Assembly (NCBI GenBank): GCA_032718475.1
Contig: JAUCBJ010007622.1
Span: forward strand, 59,675 to 123,674
Direction: 5' to 3'
Origin: Nemertoderma westbladi
Taxonomy: Eukaryota > Animalia > Xenacoelomorpha
DNA: 64,000 nt
The translations under genes were made by a program, and so were the position numbers. The stretch's first letter is position 1, and each line of letters opens with the position of its first letter. Of the stretch, positions 23,976-35,577 are shown piece after piece. The notes beneath the pieces were generated by a model. The model saw only the letters and a program-made list of their open reading frames with translations. It ran no database searches and had not been told where the DNA came from.

Positions 23976-24535
23976 AGTTAGAGAGTCAGTAGGTACGTAG
24001 TACCTAGAGTTAGTTAGTTAGTAGGTACGTAGTACCTAGAGTTAGTTAGTTAGTAGGTACGTAGTACCTAGAGTTAGAGAGTTAGTAGGTACGTAGTACC
24101 TAGAGTTAGTTAGTTAGTAGGTACGTAGTACCTAGAGTTAGAGTTAGAGGGTACGTAGTACCAATAGTTAGTTAGAGTTAGAGGGTACGTAGTACCGATA
24201 GTTAGAGAGTTAGTAGGTACGTAGTACCTAGTTAGAGTTAGAGTTAGAGGGTACGTAATGCCTAGTTAGAGTTAGAGTTAGAGGGTAGGTAGTACCGATA
24301 GAGTTATTGTTAGTAGGTACGTGGTACCTAGTTAGAGTTAGAGTTAGAGGGTACGTAGTACCGATAGTTAGAGAGTTAGTAGGTACGTAGTACCTAGTTA
24401 GAGTTAGAGTTAGAGGGTACGTAATGCCTAGTTAGAGTTAGAGTTAGAGGGTAGGTAGTACCGATAGAGTTAGAGTTAGTAGGTACGTAGTACCTAGTTA
24501 GAGTTAGAGTTAGAGGGTACATAGTACCATTAGTT
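23976..24535 (+). repeat. Minisatellite of GGTACGTAGTACC units with TTAGAG/TTAG spacers
   Basis: About 18 imperfect ~30-bp units visible. Confidence 0.92.
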
Positions 24536-25027
24536 AGAGAGAGAGAGTAAGAGGTAAAAGGGGTAAAATAGGATATAGATATTAGTTAGCAGTAAGTAGA
24601 GTTAGTAGCGAGAGGGGGGCATATGAGTACAGCTGGATAAATCGTGTGGCCACACGACGCATACTGCTGTGCTGCATAGGCCCACAGAGTAGGCCAGAAT
24701 ATGGATCAAAGAATAGAATAAATCCATAGGCAGTAGTAAGTAGTAGGACAGTAGAATCAAAGCAAATAAATAAATAAATAGAATAGGGCTAAAATCGGAA
24801 AATAGTGGTAACACAAGGAAAGTCGTTCTAGAACATAATAAAAGTAACGGACGGAAATTGTAAATTAGGCTGATTTACTAGCTCCGAAATTAATTAGATT
24901 AAATTAAGCTTGAAAGGCGCAGTTAAGTAGAAAAGTAGGCCATTATCGAACTGTACGAAACATCTTAATACATCACTCATCTGTATTGCGCCTTGGTAAG
25001 GCACCACCCTGCAGGTGAGCGAGTGTA

Positions 25028-26143
25028 GTGTTCGGAATGGCGAGTAAGCTGATCAGGAAGAGAAAGGCGGAGTCAGGAGGAAAAGAAATATTGGTGGATT
25101 TCACCGAAAGACACCCGGAGGAGAAGACGAGAGGATACTACGAGAGGTTGGAAAGGGGTCACGCGGCACGAGCGCTGCAGGATCACTTCCGGGAGGCGCA
25201 CGAACAGCGGTTGGTCGGGACCTACGGGACGCCGTCGCTGGACAACGCGATCTTCCAACACTTCCACTACGTGGTGAAAGGAGACGAGGCGAAGTTCGGG
25301 ATTCCGAAGTATCCGAGGGAATCGCCGAGGAAGGACTGGAAAAGATTCATAGAGTCCGTCAACAGAGGAGGATATATGATCCTAGATGACGAGGGAACCG
25401 TGGAAGACGAAGCGGGTTCGAGACGAGGAACGCCAGGGTCGGCCAGGACCATACTCTTGCATTTGGCAGCGCCAAATGGGGACATCTTCTTATTCGACCT
25501 AGGGACGTATGGGAAGAAGGACGGGCCGAAATTAGACCGACTGCCGAAAGCGGTACAGGTCTTAGTAAGAGAGAAGTCGACGACGAAAGTGGGATCGGCG
25601 ATTCGCGAGGACGCGGAGAGGATCATCGGTCCGGACGCCACCAACCTCCTGGATATGCAGAAAGTCTTTATGGCTATGACGGCACCGGATGGATTGGGGG
25701 TGGTCGAGAACTCAGGCCAATGCGGGGCGGTGGCAATGGGCCAATTATTGGGGCTCGTATGCCACAAACCAATGGATTGGGGGAAGTTTAGGGAAGAATA
25801 CGGAGCAGAACTAGTGAGCTCGCTGAAGTGGGGAGCGAGACCGGGAAAGCAGGAGGTATATCAGTTTCGCAGAGGAGCGATAAAGGTATATCAGAAGCGA
25901 TATATCCTGCAGGAGGACTGGATGATGATAAGCTTACTTAACTTATTCATGACCGTAGTTATCGAAAGGGAACCAGGGGCATTTCTGTTATCGGGATCAC
26001 CCCTAAGCTACAGGAGAGCCTTTAAGACGGCCTTTGACGGTCTGGTAGACCACCCGGGGCTGAAGGGCGAGTCGGTGTACTACAACAGCCGACATCTGGT
26101 AGATGGGGAGACGGATACACCGTTCAGAGATGGGAGCAGCTAG
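25028..26143 (+). CDS. BEL#2 extra ORF, part 1: DEDDy 3'-5' exonuclease-like domain
   Basis: Exo I ILDDEG; LHLAAPNGDIFLFDL; LP..VQVLV...TKVGSAIRED; LLDMQ; Exo III-like QKRYILQED. Confidence 0.72.
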   Translation: MFGMASKLIRKRKAESGGKEILVDFTERHPEEKTRGYYERLERGHAARALQDHFREAHEQRLVGTYGTPSLDNAIFQHFHYVVKGDEAKFGIPKYPRESPRKDWKRFIESVNRGGYMILDDEGTVEDEAGSRRGTPGSARTILLHLAAPNGDIFLFDLGTYGKKDGPKLDRLPKAVQVLVREKSTTKVGSAIREDAERIIGPDATNLLDMQKVFMAMTAPDGLGVVENSGQCGAVAMGQLLGLVCHKPMDWGKFREEYGAELVSSLKWGARPGKQEVYQFRRGAIKVYQKRYILQEDWMMISLLNLFMTVVIEREPGAFLLSGSPLSYRRAFKTAFDGLVDHPGLKGESVYYNSRHLVDGETDTPFRDGSS

Positions 26144-26145
26144 AG

Positions 26146-27570
26146 ATGGATAGACGGGAAGCAAAGCGACTGGAAGAAGTCGCTAGACGGGAGAGGATAG
26201 AAGCAGAGGAGAGGGAAGAGGAGGCCAGGGCACAGAGTTACGGCTTCGAGGAACAGGCGGGCCTAGACGAACTTCATTGGACTTCGTCGGGGAGTTCGGG
26301 GGAGTCTCTAGGGCGAGAATTGGGATGGACGGTGGGATCGCCGAAACAGTCGACGTCGGGGTTGCACGCGATGCCCATACCAGCGGGCGCCGAGGGCGAC
26401 CAACCGCCAAGGAAGTTAAGGGAGCTAGAGGGATGGAGAGCTACGGGCGAGAGCCAAGGCGGGAAGGGACATAGTGGATCCACCGGGATACCGGGATTGG
26501 AGACACTACCAGAAGAGGAGGACGACGACGACGAGTTCGGAGAGATACCGCCCATCGAAAGGATAGGCCACTCGGACACGGACTGGGTTGGCGGAAGGGT
26601 GGTGACGGCCAGTGGGGCGAGGGCCTTCTGGAACAGATCCGGCAAGCGGACCTGGGTGCACGAGGAGCCGGCGATGGATTTCGCGGGGAGCACCATCAGG
26701 TTGGGCGAGCAACCGGGGACGGCACCACGGATAGTATTCGGGGAGACGATGCCCGAGAGGGGCGGAGAGATCGACGTAAACAGGGAGAGCAACGTGGAGA
26801 AGTTTGCCTACCAGCGACTCCATAGACCGCGGAGATCGCTTGGGACGAAGGACGAGGTGGGACGCGAGACATTGGTACTCGGCTGCGACTACTGTGGGAG
26901 ACAGACCCATCAGGAAAGCAGCTGCCTATACCGGTTCCAACGGGGAACCTTTTGTCTCTATTGTAGAGAACCAAGTCACAGGATGGGGGCGTGTCCACGG
27001 TTGCATAACCGATGTCCAAAGTGCCACTTTCGGGGACACTACGGGCGCGAGTGCGACTGGATGAGCGACGAGGAGAAGTTCACGAGGTTCGAGGAGTGGG
27101 CCGACGTCGGGGCCATGACGCGCCAGCGCATGAAGGCCCAAGAGTTCAAGTGGGGTTTCTTCCTCATAAACCAGGAGACCCACATGGAAATCATAAAGCG
27201 AAGGTTACCGTTTACCTATCAAGAGGTAGCTACGGCGGCATCGTTCGCCGGAGTCATGAACACGCAACGGTACCTGGACAGGTGGACACCAGAGAACCGG
27301 AGGGAGTTTAGGGATTTCTTGGCGGAACACGTACCAAAGGCAATGAAGATGATCCTATGGGACGCCACACGAGGGAAACAACCAGGCCATTCTGAGGGGC
27401 CACCGGCGAAGCGGTATCGGGCTTTAATAACACCAGCGCCCAAGGAGCCGACGACCGGGATCAGCAAGGAAGTGGCGGCAAAGGTCCGGAAGCAGAAAGC
27501 GGATGATGCCAGAGGAGCGGTGATAACCAAGAAACGGGCCAGGGAGGAGGACGTGAGGAGGTACAGATAA
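26146..27570 (+). CDS. BEL#2 extra ORF, part 2: linker plus three CCHC zinc knuckles
   Basis: CDYCGRQTHQESSC, CLYCREPSHRMGAC, CPKCHFRGHYGREC; joins part 1 if the extra GA near 26129 is removed (TPFRWEQLEMD). Confidence 0.82.
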   Translation: MDRREAKRLEEVARRERIEAEEREEEARAQSYGFEEQAGLDELHWTSSGSSGESLGRELGWTVGSPKQSTSGLHAMPIPAGAEGDQPPRKLRELEGWRATGESQGGKGHSGSTGIPGLETLPEEEDDDDEFGEIPPIERIGHSDTDWVGGRVVTASGARAFWNRSGKRTWVHEEPAMDFAGSTIRLGEQPGTAPRIVFGETMPERGGEIDVNRESNVEKFAYQRLHRPRRSLGTKDEVGRETLVLGCDYCGRQTHQESSCLYRFQRGTFCLYCREPSHRMGACPRLHNRCPKCHFRGHYGRECDWMSDEEKFTRFEEWADVGAMTRQRMKAQEFKWGFFLINQETHMEIIKRRLPFTYQEVATAASFAGVMNTQRYLDRWTPENRREFRDFLAEHVPKAMKMILWDATRGKQPGHSEGPPAKRYRALITPAPKEPTTGISKEVAAKVRKQKADDARGAVITKKRAREEDVRRYR

Positions 27571-28278
27571 GTTCCCGGAGGCGAGGGAATGAGACTGAGA
27601 CTGGGAAGTGGTGCGCCTGGAAGGCGCCGCATGTAACGTACGAACTATTAAGTATAAATTTAATTAATGCAAATAACTATATAAGTGCAATTTGTATGTA
27701 CGTACGTAGTGATTAGCAGTAAAATACATACGTTTGGAGTAAGTACTATAGTCATACAACCTTTCTCAATTAGCTACTGGGACTGGGGGACAATTGACTA
27801 TGGCACTATGGACGAGACAACTGACAATTTCACACTTCTTGAGTGCGGCGGCACGAGAGGGGGGGGGAGGTTCGTCAGGAGAGATAAAACAGTCAAAGTG
27901 GAGTTGAGAATCGGAATAAGAGTGTGAAGTGCGGAGAGAGTGCGAGCGCAATTCTAGTGTGGGGGGGGAGAATAAGAGGCTGAGTGAGGGACGAGGAGGT
28001 CCGGGGGTATGAGAGAGTTAGGGTGAGAGTAGAGGGGAGGTAGGGCGAAAGTGTTGGGGAAACAAAAATCGCGTGAAGAGGTGAGCGCGATCGGCCCGAC
28101 GTGAGACGCCAGGCACACAGGGTAGCGTTATCATACCCATAGGGGGCGGCCTGGAAAGCCGGCTCCAAGAGAAAAGAATTCCACCCCACACCCGATACTA
28201 GATCGGGATCCAGCGGGATTGTAGCGCACTTTTTAGGTTGATGCTATCTTCTTACCGGGAAGATAGCATGGGGGGGAG

Positions 28279-28815
28279 TGTTAGCTTATTCAATCCCGCC
28301 AACACCCCATAAAGTTATTAGCCGATAAGCAATATTGGGAGCCACGAGATTGGGCAATTAACCAACTCGTGCCATCCCAATAAGAGTGGGAAGGAGGCAC
28401 ACAATAGAGGGTCAGGGGCCAAACCCCTAACCCAGAGAGAACAGGTGGAGTGAACGGGAATACTCCACGGGGCGCCAACAAGGGTATTAACCAATCAGAG
28501 GGGGGAATGGCATCGATTGAGTAGCAGTAAGGCCACCGTGCAATATAACCAATAACCTATTAATCAGTGATTCAGTTATCTTAGTGCAGCAGTGCTAGCG
28601 TAGGGTACAGCCAATTAGTTTAGTTAGGGGATCACGGGACTTTAGTTACCGTATCCCGCCTTGTACACATTCACAATATATCTATATCTTATAACCTCTT
28701 ATTATACACCGAACTTCAGAACTCAGTTATCTTTATTTCACTCTTATACACGGCGGGGACGCGTGGACTAAATACCACACCGGATAAATCGGGATCCCTC
28801 CTGGATCCCGTCACA
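28279..28815 (+). repeat. 3' LTR of BEL#2 (537 bp), preceded by PPT GGGGGGGAG
   Basis: Copy of 14711-15246; PPT at 28270-28278. Confidence 0.97.
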
Positions 28816-30152
28816 CAGACCTGAATAATTACCGTCCTATATCATTACTACCAATACTAAGCAAAATTCTAGAACAATTAATTAATGAACAATTACAATC
28901 CTACTTAAACAAATACTCCATAATTAAAGAATCCCAATACGGCTTTGGACCAAAAACAACCACCTCTCACGCACTACTATCTATAACGGAAAAAATTAAC
29001 TCTATGTTTGATTGCCATCATTCAACATGCGCCTTATACATTGACCTTAAAAAGGCCTTTGATACCATAGAACACAAAATCCTTATTAATAAGCTTGAGA
29101 CCTATGGTATCAGAGGCCTACCCCTTCAACTTATTTCTAGTTTCCTCTCTAATCGCAAACAATTTGTCTCCATTGACGGCATTAATTCAACTTTATTACC
29201 TATCATTTGTGGTGTCCCCCAGGGATCGGTCCTCTCTCCCATACTATTTCTAATTTTTATTAATGACTTACCCAAAGCAACAAACTTACTTAGTACACTT
29301 TTTGCTGACGACACAACTCTACTCAACTCACATCGTGATATCCACTCATTAATATCTAGTACAAACAGTGAATTAACTAAAATCTACGACTGGTTACGTG
29401 ACAATAAACTATTACTAAACCTGAAGAAAACTGAGTACACCATATTTACTAACCTTCCTATTCCTACTACCACCGATAACAACAGATTACAACTTAAAAT
29501 TAACAACACCGATGTCAAACAGACAGACAACACAAAATTACTTGGCATTTGGATAGATTCAAAACTAAAGTGAAAAACACATATAAATCAGGTACTCAAA
29601 AAAAAAATTTATAAATCCAGCGGTATTTTCTATAAACTTAGGCACATATTTCCTCTACATATACTCAGAACCCTCTACTTTTCACTGATCCATCCCTACG
29701 TTAATTATGGGATCCTGGTATGGGGTAGCACACATTCCACCACACTGAAACCACTACTTACAAAAATCAATAAACTTTTAAGCTGTATTACATTTTCACA
29801 CTACAGATCGTCATCAATTCCCATTTACAAACAATTAAATATTTTACCACTTAACAAACTCTATGAACTATCAGTTTGTACCTTCATGTACGATATTTAT
29901 TCGAAAACCATAAGCCTAAATTCCACTCTCGGTAAACTATTCCCAAAACGTTCTTCAGTCCACAACTACCCTACCCGCAGCGCTTCCCATGGCAACTTCT
30001 CAATACCACTATGTCACCTAACTTCCTCACAGAGATCAGTGAGTTTTCGAGGACCCGCGATATGGAATTCTGTGCCACTAGAGCTACGCAATAAAAAATC
30101 AAAATTGTCTTTTACGTCAAACTTGAAAAACCACTTATTTTCAGAGCTATAA
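28816..30152 (+). pseudogene. CR1/L2-group LINE ORF2, RT and C-terminus
   Basis: NYRPISLLP, QYGF, DLKKAFD, GVPQGSVLSP, FADD, LLGIWID, HNYPTR, IWN; internal stop at 29571. Confidence 0.92.
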
Positions 30153-30444
30153 CATTTACCGTTAATTTTAATTTTAATATTCAATCATACAAAAATAAAG
30201 CTAATAATCCCAATAAAAATTGAAACAGAATTAAAATATATGCGAACCACAATGTTGTTAAACTGTTTGATTTACGTTACACAATACATACGTGTATGTG
30301 TTCGGTAATATAGGCCTACATTCGAAATTTCAAAAGGACCAGGCACCCCCCCCCCCCCCATGTTGGTTCTGGCCACCACAGCAAGACGGCACTAGCCTGG
30401 CTATTAGTCTTCTGTGGTGGTCGTCTCACACTATAAATGTTTTT

Positions 30445-33400
30445 CTTTTTTTTTTACTACTACTACTACTAGGATCGGCATGCTGCATTGCAGCTGCATT
30501 TTTAAGAATGCTGTGCCGGCTTGTCAACAAAATTGCACCGCCACAACTCCCTATCACCCATGAAATTTGCTAGATCATCCGCATCTTTAAGGCCATTGTC
30601 CTTTAAGATGCGTCCCAAGAAAGTTATGGGCTGTCCACCATGCTTATTCACTCCATGAGGCTGCCAAAGTACAAGATTATGCACTGGCTGGTCCTCACGG
30701 CGAAAGTAATGTCCTGCAAAGCGGAGACGATTTTGTTCTATTTTGTTCTTTTGTCCTCCAGTGTTATATAGTGTCTGGTTGGAGATGTGTGCATTGTACT
30801 TGACACAATGAACCCGGCGTAACATTCTTGTGAATGTGCCATCCAGAGATTTGGTGTCCTCAGCAGTTAGAGCCCAGCATGGACTCCCATAGTGGAACTA
30901 CTGCTGCTCTAAATAATCGGACCTTAAGTTTCCGATTAATTCTCGGTGACTTCCAAATCCTGGAAAGCCTATTCAAGGCTGCCCATGCCTTTCCCTTACG
31001 TATTCGAAAGTCCTCACCTGACTTCCGGATCCATGATCCCAGGTAACAGAAGTCGTCCACATGCTCAAGCATACCATCCTTTGAGCTTATGCTCATCCGA
31101 TCAGAGACTTACTGAGAACTTTCAAAGTTAACTGTCAAAATGTTGGTCTTTCTGGAGTTAATAAAAAGACCAACACTAGAAGCAGCCTGTTCTAATGAGC
31201 TGAGGAGACGTTGGGCTCCCTCTAGTGATTCTGAGAGTACTCCTAAGTCACCAGCAAAGTCTAGATCAGTTAGGTACTTGGCAGGATTTCCTCAACTTCT
31301 GGAGCCAGTAGGTGGAGTTATTATCACCCCATCATCATTATGATGATCTCAGGACATAGCGTAGAACATAGTCAACCACAATTATGAACAAGAATGGTGC
31401 AAGTGTGTCTCCCTGGAGGACGCCCCAAAACACTTCGAATGGTTCTGTGTCACCATCAACAGTAGACATCGTATACTGATCTGATTGCTGCAATAATTTC
31501 ATCAAGAATCCCATATAATGAAAGTATGCTGAACATACGTGAGTGGGAGACTGAATCAAAGGCCTTGAAGAAGTCAACAAAGATAACAGCCAGATGCCTG
31601 TCTTTCTTTTTTGATAACTCTTCAATTATCCTTCTAAGTGCCAAAATGGGTTCCATGGTCCCACGACCTTTACGGAACCCATTCTGATTTCCACGGAGCA
31701 GTCTCTCAATGGGATCCCTAATGCGATTTAATAGAATTCTATTGTATAGCTTTGCAGCAATCGAGATCAATGAGATTCCCCGAAAAGAACCATAGAGTGT
31801 TAGGTTGCCCTTCTTTGAAACTGGCACCAACTTATTTGGATATATCTTTTTACAAAATACAGCAGAACACAGTAGAACACAGCAGAACACAATAGAATAG
31901 AAGGCGGAACATAGGCGAACACAGCTGTAATTAAAATCTACACCAAAAAATAACACACTTGGGAAAGTACCGGATTTAATCATACAACTGTAAGATGTCA
32001 ATTACATATTTAAATTAAATGGCGGTTTTCCATATCCTCCAAAATTAATTACTTCTCATTATCCTGTAACCATGGAGAGTTGGTTAGTTCTACAGCAGTA
32101 CAGTACCGGTAGCTGAGTAGGCCTACATCAGTACATTGGTAATATACTCTACACTGTGCCCGGTAATTGCCGGTAAATGCCTACATCTGTCTGCCTGTAC
32201 AATGTACAGTCTGTCAGTCTGTACATGTCTCTACCAGCACTAGGCCTACTGCAGTACTGGAACAGGCTGACAGGCAGACTGCTGGACTAGTAACAGGTAC
32301 AGGCCTAACCGAACAGCTGATCGGGCAACTCTGATCAGGTAATTTATTTTGGAGGATATGGAAAACCGCCATTTAATTTAAATATGTAATTGACATCTTA
32401 CAGCTGTATGATTAAGTCCCGTACTTTCCCAAGTATGTAATTTTTTGGTGTAGATTTTAATTTCAGCTGTGTTCGCCTATGTTCCGCCTGTATTCTATTG
32501 TGTTCTGCTGTGTTCTACTGTGTTCTGCTGTGTTCTGTAAAAAGAACTATCCAACTTATTTGTTTTCATTTCTTGTGGGACTCTTGTTGTTTGGTACATG
32601 TCTACTATGATGGAATAGCTGAGCTTTAAACACTCAGGTATTTTAAAGACCTCAGGGGAAACACCATCTACTCCACTGGCACGATTGGTCTTAATGCTTT
32701 TTGCAGCAGCCTTCACTTCTGCAAAGGATATATCGCCAATGGGAATATCTAGGGAGCACAGACTCAGACACTTTTACTTCTATAAAGTTATCAGTATATA
32801 TATAGTATGTATATATATATCAGTATATATGAAGTTATCTATAAAGTGATTCAGCCTTAACCTTGGTGGTTGGTTGGCTTTTCCGCCCAGTAAGCAAGTT
32901 GATCGATTTCCATGCCTGGGATGATTGCCTGCTGCCGTCGGCATCATTGATAGCATCAACCTGTTGGTTTATTAGCTCCTGTAGATTAACAGAGTACTGC
33001 CTGTTCAGGGACCTAGATGCAGCCTTAACTGCATTCTTGGCCGCTGTAGTCTGTTTGAGTCGGGACTCTTTCTGCGCCTTATATAGGTCATTTCGGCCCT
33101 TCTGGATTTTGTTGCCAGTCCAGGGGGCCCTTTTTCTGTTTCGAGGGTATACAGTAACTTTTTCTGCAGCTGCTAACTTAACTGCTTCTGTGAAGGCAGT
33201 ATAGCCCTCGCAGTGATCTGCCGCCTCAGAGGCAAGAACCTCATATCTTTTGCTCAGCTGTAGTGTGAAGCTGGATCTCACACTTGGCTGTTGCAACAGA
33301 GAGGACCAGTCATGCCGCGGCAAGGCAGATTTCGTTGTTCTGCTAGCACGCAGACTAAGTCTTACCTTGGCCACAATAAGGCGGTGATCACTGGAGAAGG

Positions 33401-33716
33401 GTCGAAGTGTAAATGCATTACAGTCTTGAATAGAGCTCCTGTACTTCCTACGAAACAGAATATGGTCTATCTGGGACTTGTGACCACTGGTTCCACTATG
33501 AGTCCATAGCTTTCCAGTTCGCTTCTTGAACTGGGTTCCAGCCGAGAACAATCCATTTCCAGAGATAAAATCATGAAGATGGACGGAATTTCGGTTGACA
33601 CTATTGCTATAGACCCAGGGCGATGTAGGTGATTGATGCAGACTTGCATTAAAGTCTCCCAGGAATGTTAAGAATGCATGCTGATGCACTCCATCAGTAG
33701 CTGCTTGTAGATTGTG
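30445..33716 (-). mobile_element. RTE-clade LINE, degenerate; 5' part cut off by the Polinton terminus
   Basis: APE motifs LGDFNA, QIDHIL, SDHRL; RT motifs RGISL, QNGFRKGR, GVLQGDTLAPFLF, YLGS, RLRFAGH; (TAG)n/A tail near 30445-30470. Confidence 0.9.
31838..32552. mobile_element. MULE/Mutator-like MITE inserted in the RTE
   Basis: ~215-bp imperfect TIRs (GGATA...TATCC); 9-bp TSD AACTTATTT at 31829-31837 and 32553-32561; removal restores MKTNKLVPVSKKG. Confidence 0.9.
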
Positions 33717-34030
33717 AGTAGTAGGGTCTTGGCCGGCTCTGTGACACTTGGACCTAACTGACACCCATTGGGTGTCATATGACACCCAATTATCACCGTA
33801 TGGGTGTCACTGGGTGTCATTGGCGCCAGACTGTCTGGGTGACACCTCCCAATTAGGCTAATTAGACCCTAATTGACAGGTGTCATCAATTAATTAGTAC
33901 AATTAAACCCTAACAGGTGTCATATGACTCCTAATTAGGGTTTAATTGATTATCCTAATTAATCAGACTGATTAGCGCCCTGACACACAATGGGTCATCA
34001 GTTAGGTCCAAGTGTCACAGAGCCGGCTCA
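33717..34030 (+). repeat. Polinton terminal sequence with an internal ~30-bp inverted repeat
   Basis: AGTAGTAGGG start; GCCGGCTCTGTGACACTTGGACCTAACTGA at ~33732 with reverse complement at ~33997-34027; part recurs at ~49768. Confidence 0.75.
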
Positions 34031-34629
34031 AGAGGGTGTCATAAGTGACACCGCAGCTCTTTAATTCATTAATACTTATTTATTTGTACCTAATTTTAAT
34101 TAATTATTTGCATTTTATTTTATTCGTATTTAATTCTAAATTAATTATTCATTTGTACTTTATGGGTATACAGCTCCCTTATTGGTAACTAATTACTCTT
34201 ATCTATATCCAGACAGCTTTATCGTTGACCTTTGACCTTTGACCCCCCAATTAGCTTTAACCAAGCAACAGCATATTAATGATAGTTGTATCCAAGCGCC
34301 CCTGCCCCCACCCCGTGACAGCTCTGATTACTAATTACTCTTACCTATATCCAACCGCCTGCAGTTCCATAGTCTGCCGCTAGAGGGCGTATTATCTGAA
34401 AATTAACATCTTCTCTAACTTTGTTATTTTCAATTTAACTATTTATTTGTACCTAATTTTAATTAATTATTTGTATTCTATTTGACTTTATTTATTCATT
34501 TGTACTTTATTTTAAATTAATTAATTGTATTACTTTTATTTTATACATTGATTTCTATTTTTAGATTAATTAGTTTTTATATTACCAATGAGATCACTAT
34601 GACATAATGTCTATTTTTAGCTCTATGGT

Positions 34630-35577
34630 TTATAGATCCCTTATCGTTAACTTTATAATCTTTCCTCTCGCGGCCCCTTTGTCTTCGTTATTCAATGGCG
34701 CCACTCTCGCTAAATTGCGCTCGTTCCGAATATTTGTAACAAACCCAAAAGTGCAATAGTCAAAAGCAACCCAATTGCCCGGTTTTAGGACAAGGTGAGT
34801 AGTAGGATTAATAAAAGGGCGACAGATGTTTACATATTGTTGAAATAAATTGGCGCAGGCGACGGAAAATGTGATCGATGAACTGTTTACCGTGTCTTCC
34901 AGCTTTATTAACTCGAGTGGTTTCACTGGGTTAATACTTCCATAGGTGCCAACTCTATAATTGAATCCAAAGTAATAGGAGACTTTATTGGCGAAAAAGC
35001 ATGTGAGCTCATTCAATTTCTCGCCGAAAGCGAGAACATCCTTGTCGAAAAGTTTAAAGAAACGAGTCTCCTCTTCCTCGGTCGGAGTCGACGAGTTCCA
35101 GATGAGAAGAAGAATCGAGTTTGCGATACTATGAAAATCAAATAAGCGATCATCGGAGAAGAAGGAGGTTACGAGAGTGGTTAAACCCAGTAGACGATTT
35201 GCCACATCTTGGTTGATGTTTTCTCGAATAAAATCGACTATACTAGTTGGAATCGTAAACGTCTCGGGCGAAGTAGTTAGATTGAACGTGATTTTGTTGT
35301 CCCTTTTTAAAAGTTTGAAACTGTGGTTGGAGGAATGAAGTTTATTATCGTCGAGGGTTTGATATTGTCCATCGTGAAGTTCGTAGCAGGCGCGGAAAAT
35401 AAAGTGCGCGTAGTTTGCCGGAATCGGGATGGGTTGGTTTAAGGTTGTATTTATCGTTAACGGGAAGAGTTTGTTCGCCGGATCGAAATATAGACCAAAC
35501 GAGTTGTCTTGTAGCATAAACTGATTTTCGTTGCAAACCAGATCGTTGCTTGAATAGCTGATTTCTGAATGTGCCAT
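34630..35577 (-). CDS. Inverted, C-terminally altered copy of ORF 50531-51526
   Basis: Near-identical protein up to NERNLA, then reads into a flanking repeat; lies within inverted arms 34550-34707 and 35839-35996. Confidence 0.8.
   Translation of the reverse strand: MAHSEISYSSNDLVCNENQFMLQDNSFGLYFDPANKLFPLTINTTLNQPIPIPANYAHFIFRACYELHDGQYQTLDDNKLHSSNHSFKLLKRDNKITFNLTTSPETFTIPTSIVDFIRENINQDVANRLLGLTTLVTSFFSDDRLFDFHSIANSILLLIWNSSTPTEEEETRFFKLFDKDVLAFGEKLNELTCFFANKVSYYFGFNYRVGTYGSINPVKPLELIKLEDTVNSSSITFSVACANLFQQYVNICRPFINPTTHLVLKPGNWVAFDYCTFGFVTNIRNERNLARVAPLNNEDKGAARGKIIKLTIRDL

Larger units (their letters stand above)
14711..28815 (+). mobile_element. Full-length BEL/Pao LTR retrotransposon #2 (~14.1 kb) inserted in the LINE
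   Basis: TGT...ACA LTR pair; CAGAC TSD at 14706-14710 and 28816-28820; removal restores LINE DDPTDLNNYRPISLLP. Confidence 0.97.

Noticed and set aside
25028-27570. env glycoprotein as third ORF
   Set aside because: No signal peptide or C-terminal transmembrane anchor; knuckles and nuclease-like motifs instead
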